A stretch of DNA of 64,000 nt from Neoconidiobolus thromboides FSU 785 (lineage: Eukaryota; Fungi; Entomophthoromycota), in the NCBI GenBank assembly GCA_025603075.1, contig MU626353.1:17302-81301 (forward strand), given 5' to 3'. Made by a program: the position numbers and the translations under genes. Below, piece by piece: positions 60,446 to 64,000 of the stretch; within the stretch, counting starts at the first letter, position 1, and every line of letters starts with the position of its first letter. Below the pieces are notes generated by a model, which saw only the letters and a list, made by a program, of their open reading frames with translations, was not told where the DNA came from and did no database searches.

Positions 60446-61515
60446 TATAAAGTAAAAAAGTGAATTACATTAATTTAAACTTTTTTATGCAAACACAAAT
60501 TTTATTTATTGAAGGAATAATTCAAAATTAATCCTAATTTAGACATTGACACAAAATGAAATAATTAGATTTAAAACAATTTGATATCACTTGTTGAGGT
60601 TTTAGTCTTTAATTTAAAAACGATTTGATATCATTTAGGCTGAAAAAAACAAAAAAACAATAATCAAGGTCAATACAAAATTTTTATAATTGTATATTTG
60701 CAATTGAACATCTTGATATTCAATATAGAATGAACTATATTTATCAAAATTCTTTACTATGAAAGATAAGGTTGACTCTAAAATTGATATTTAAAATTAT
60801 AAATTGTTAATTTCTTATCATAAAATAATAATTTATAATGTAATTTATTAACTAACATGCATTATCAGATTAAGTATTTAATTACTTTATCAGTTTATAA
60901 AAAACTATAAGCATAGATTTACACTGTTAAATAGTTTAATTCAAAATTAAAACGTTATTCTCTTTTTTTTTCTTTTTTTAACAAGTTATTGATTTTTTTT
61001 CCAGTCTTATTTTGTTCAAAATCTGCAAACTATGTGTAGGCTGCATCAAAATAGTCAGTTTTTATTTTGAATTTAATATACAATAATATATAAAACATGT
61101 TTTCACTTGTTACTATATAGAAATGTTAAAATTGGTTTCATTTTACTCAATTCTTAAATATCTTGTATTTTAAAAATCTTACTCCACATTTTATAAAATA
61201 TTTTTTTAATTACAAAAGCACCTAACACAGTTTTAAAGTATTTTTATGCAATATAAACGATATAATGATAATCTTTATTTATTATTATAACCACTTGCTT
61301 TTTAATTATTTATTAATTTAACTGTCAATAATTTGAATGATATTAATATTTAGTAATTTATTTTTGCCATTTAACAGAATGCTTACTTGCTTAGTAAATA
61401 TTAGAATTTTTAAATTTCTCGAATATTAAATAATAATGTAATTTATTAATAATAATTAAATTGTTAGCTTTATTATGTTTACAAACAAAAATCTCAAATT
61501 TTGAAATTAATCAAT

Positions 61516-61619
61516 ATTTGGGGATGTATTTTTGTGTTTAAGAACTTTATTAATAGCTTTTCCACTCAAATAGCGCTTAAAAAATGGAAAAAGTAATAAA
61601 GTCAAAAACATCCCCATTC
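61516..61619 (+). mobile_element. 105-bp MITE
   Basis: ATTT-GGGGATG...CATCCCC-ATTC. Confidence 0.9.
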
Positions 61620-62763
61620 TTTATTTTATCTAGTGCTTTAAAAGCATTTTTGTTAAAATTTCTTTTAAAAAATGAATCAACTATATTTTTTTACAATGCT
61701 TAGTAAAAAAATTAAAGTCAATATTTAAGTTACTATTTGATCTATAAAATTTTTAAATACATAATATAAAAGCTTTTAAAAGTTAAAATAATCTCCTATA
61801 TCTGTCTATTTACTAATTTTTATACTTTTCAAATAAAAGCTTTTTAAATATTAAATCAATTAAATAGTTTCTTGTATATACTGAGCTATGACTTAATATT
61901 TTGAATAGTTAATTAAAGTAGACTTTGCTTATTAGTTTATCATTTTTTAAATATAAAGTACTAAACTTCAATACTGATATAGCTTGTTTATTACAATAAT
62001 TCACATTTATCAGATTTGGTCTTGCTTTTGTTTTCATGCTTTATCTAGAGTTTACATAACTTTTTCTTTTTATTAAAAGATTTTTCTGTTTTTATTTTAT
62101 TCTTTATTCCTGTATTTATTTATTTTTAAAAGAATTTTAAATTGCGTATTAGGCATACATATTATATAAATCTGTTTCTTTGGTTGCATTTCTAAAATTA
62201 TTTGATATTGTGAAATATCGCTCTGTCAGCTCCATGATTGATTATAGCATAATAATCATTTAAGTTGTTATGTTCTCAAGTTCGGAGACAATCAACCCAT
62301 GCTCTTATTTTGATTTCCTATGGGAATTTCTAACTTCATCTCAAAGAATATTATCCTCTCTTTTTAATATCGATACTTCTCTGAGTATAAAAGAGATTTT
62401 AGAACGTAGCAACTCGAGGCTTTTTAATGAAATTATTCCTTGATATTGTATTGTACCTTTAATAAAGCCATTAAATCTTTGTGATAATATTTTGAGTAGA
62501 TTTTGCAGTAATACTGTCTATTCGATTTGTCTTACATAGTCCATAGCCTATTACATGCTATCCTTCCTAATTCAAGTCTATCTTAGTCACATAAACTAGA
62601 ACCTTTCGACTTACAGCTAGTCAACCAAGCAAGAACTGCTTTTGATTCTAATCATTGAGTACCAGATTTTGTAATATATATTTAAAGAGTATTAACTTAG
62701 CTACTGCTTTATTTTTCAACTTATTGGAAATATTCATTACATACTATTTTTCTACTTTTAGTT

Positions 62764-62869
62764 ATATGGGGATGTATTTTTGTGTTTAAGAATTTTGCTA
62801 ACAAATTTTCCGCTTAAATAGTACTTAAAAGATGGAAAAATGATGAAGCCAAAAAAAACATCTTTATTT
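62764..62869 (+). mobile_element. 105-bp MITE
   Basis: ATAT-GGGGATG...CATCTTT-ATTT. Confidence 0.9.
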
Positions 62870-63533
62870 AATAAAAATGAGTCTTTTAAATTTTTTCAAA
62901 TTTAATTGAGCTTTTTAAATTTAATCAGTTACATAAGGACTTACAAACTTACTAACTTAAAAATTAGATTAATTTTTTAAATTCTGAAATCAATTTAGAC
63001 ATCCCTATATAATAAGTCTCTTATATTTTTTCAATAGTATTTTTGTTGTAACTTATGGACTTTTTTATGTTTATAAGTAGTTGTATTTTAATTGAACTAT
63101 AGAGTAGGAACATCTTTTCGATTTATGTTTTGACCATCTTTTACTTCAACATAAGGATAGAAAATATTAGAAAGATGTCAAAACAAAAAATGTTTATACC
63201 TAAATTTATTTAAGTTATTGTTATAAGATATATCATATAAAAAATCAATAAATAGAATATAATTTTTTTAAAGTTTTTAATTTTGGTATTTTTATTTAAA
63301 TTTATGTCACACTTTCTATTTAATAATCTTATTAAAAAACAGTTTTTTAGCATTTTGTAGCAAGGGTAAAGTGATGCATTTACCTAACTAAAAGGAATAA
63401 AAAGCTTACTCTCAATCATTTTCATTATGCAACAAACACCTTAAATTGATTATATAATATCGTTGTTTATCATAGTTCAATTAAACCTTTTTTAAAATCG
63501 GAATTCAACCTTCTATCTTATATCATGTTATAA

Positions 63534-64000
63534 CTAAATCCAATTTCATATAACAGACAACCAGCTTTTGATTTACCTACTTCCGGTAATTTAAAAATAG
63601 CTTTGCACTCAGGCTTTGGTGGTCGTTCTCACATAAAACCAATATTAGAAATTGGTCAAGTTTTGCATAAAAGAGGACATGAGGTGACTTATATAGCTTT
63701 AGAAGACAACATGCCCTTTATGAGTGGGTATACTTTTAATAATTATACACTTGGCCCAGCTATGATGACTTCAGAAGAGATACGAGATATCATGAGCTTA
63801 AATTTATCAAATAAGAAAAGAGAGTTTGATCCAATGCGAAGGATCAGTACTTCATTGATACCTGTGGTGGAAAGATCTTATTCAACATTGTACCAACCAT
63901 TGATCAAGTATTTAAAAGAACATAAGCCGGATATGATAGTATGTGATTTTGCATCTCACCCTTGTTTAGATGCTTCAAGGAGCTTAGGTATTCCATTGAT
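63534..64000 (+). CDS. UDP-glycosyltransferase N-terminal domain (runs off the window; 5' end unresolved)
   Basis: KIALHSGFGGRSHIKPILEIGQVLHKRGHEVTYIA...KPDMIVCDF. Confidence 0.75.

Noticed and set aside
62590-62640. tRNA-like CGAAAGGTT segment on the minus strand
   Set aside because: No cloverleaf and no intact TTCG loop
62380-62660. Possible Fanzor/TnpB RuvC-III relic on the minus strand (QYYCKIYSKYYHKDLMAL)
   Set aside because: One loose motif only, requiring several assumed mutations; no convincing RuvC-I/II or zinc finger. An HMM search would be needed
1-62869. The dispersed 105-bp repeat as a CRISPR-like array
   Set aside because: Copies are dispersed in both orientations with TIRs and target duplications, there are no regular spacers or cas genes, and the host is a eukaryote

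Overview
AT-rich eukaryotic DNA from a fungus with very short (about 43-62 nt) GT-AG introns. A zygomycete-grade lineage such as Entomophthoromycotina is my inference, not proven. Conserved genes: cytochrome P450, DPM3, an MCT-type MFS transporter, GH38 alpha-mannosidase, an SDT1-like nucleotidase, SPC2, TIM54, a BI-1 family protein, a VSB1-like SulP-STAS-cNMP protein, a Mn-CDF transporter and the start of a UGT. Three accessory features stand out. (1) A family of intronless ~210-aa proteins resembling LURP-one-related/tubby-C/scramblase domains is undergoing birth and death: 8 intact genes at 41.6-58 kb, plus at least 5 pseudogenes (one only partly shown in the ORF track), 4 of them in a second, fully dead cluster at 16-21 kb. 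(2) Interleaved with that dead cluster are two intact IS630/Tc1-type transposase paralogs. Both have lost the second catalytic Asp (D,N35E), show no TIRs, and share a conserved palindromic upstream motif, so they are candidate domesticated DNA-binding proteins. (3) A ~105-bp fold-back MITE occurs about 28 times, with GGG/GAG ends and AWWT-type target duplications. All alignments were done by eye and no database search was run.
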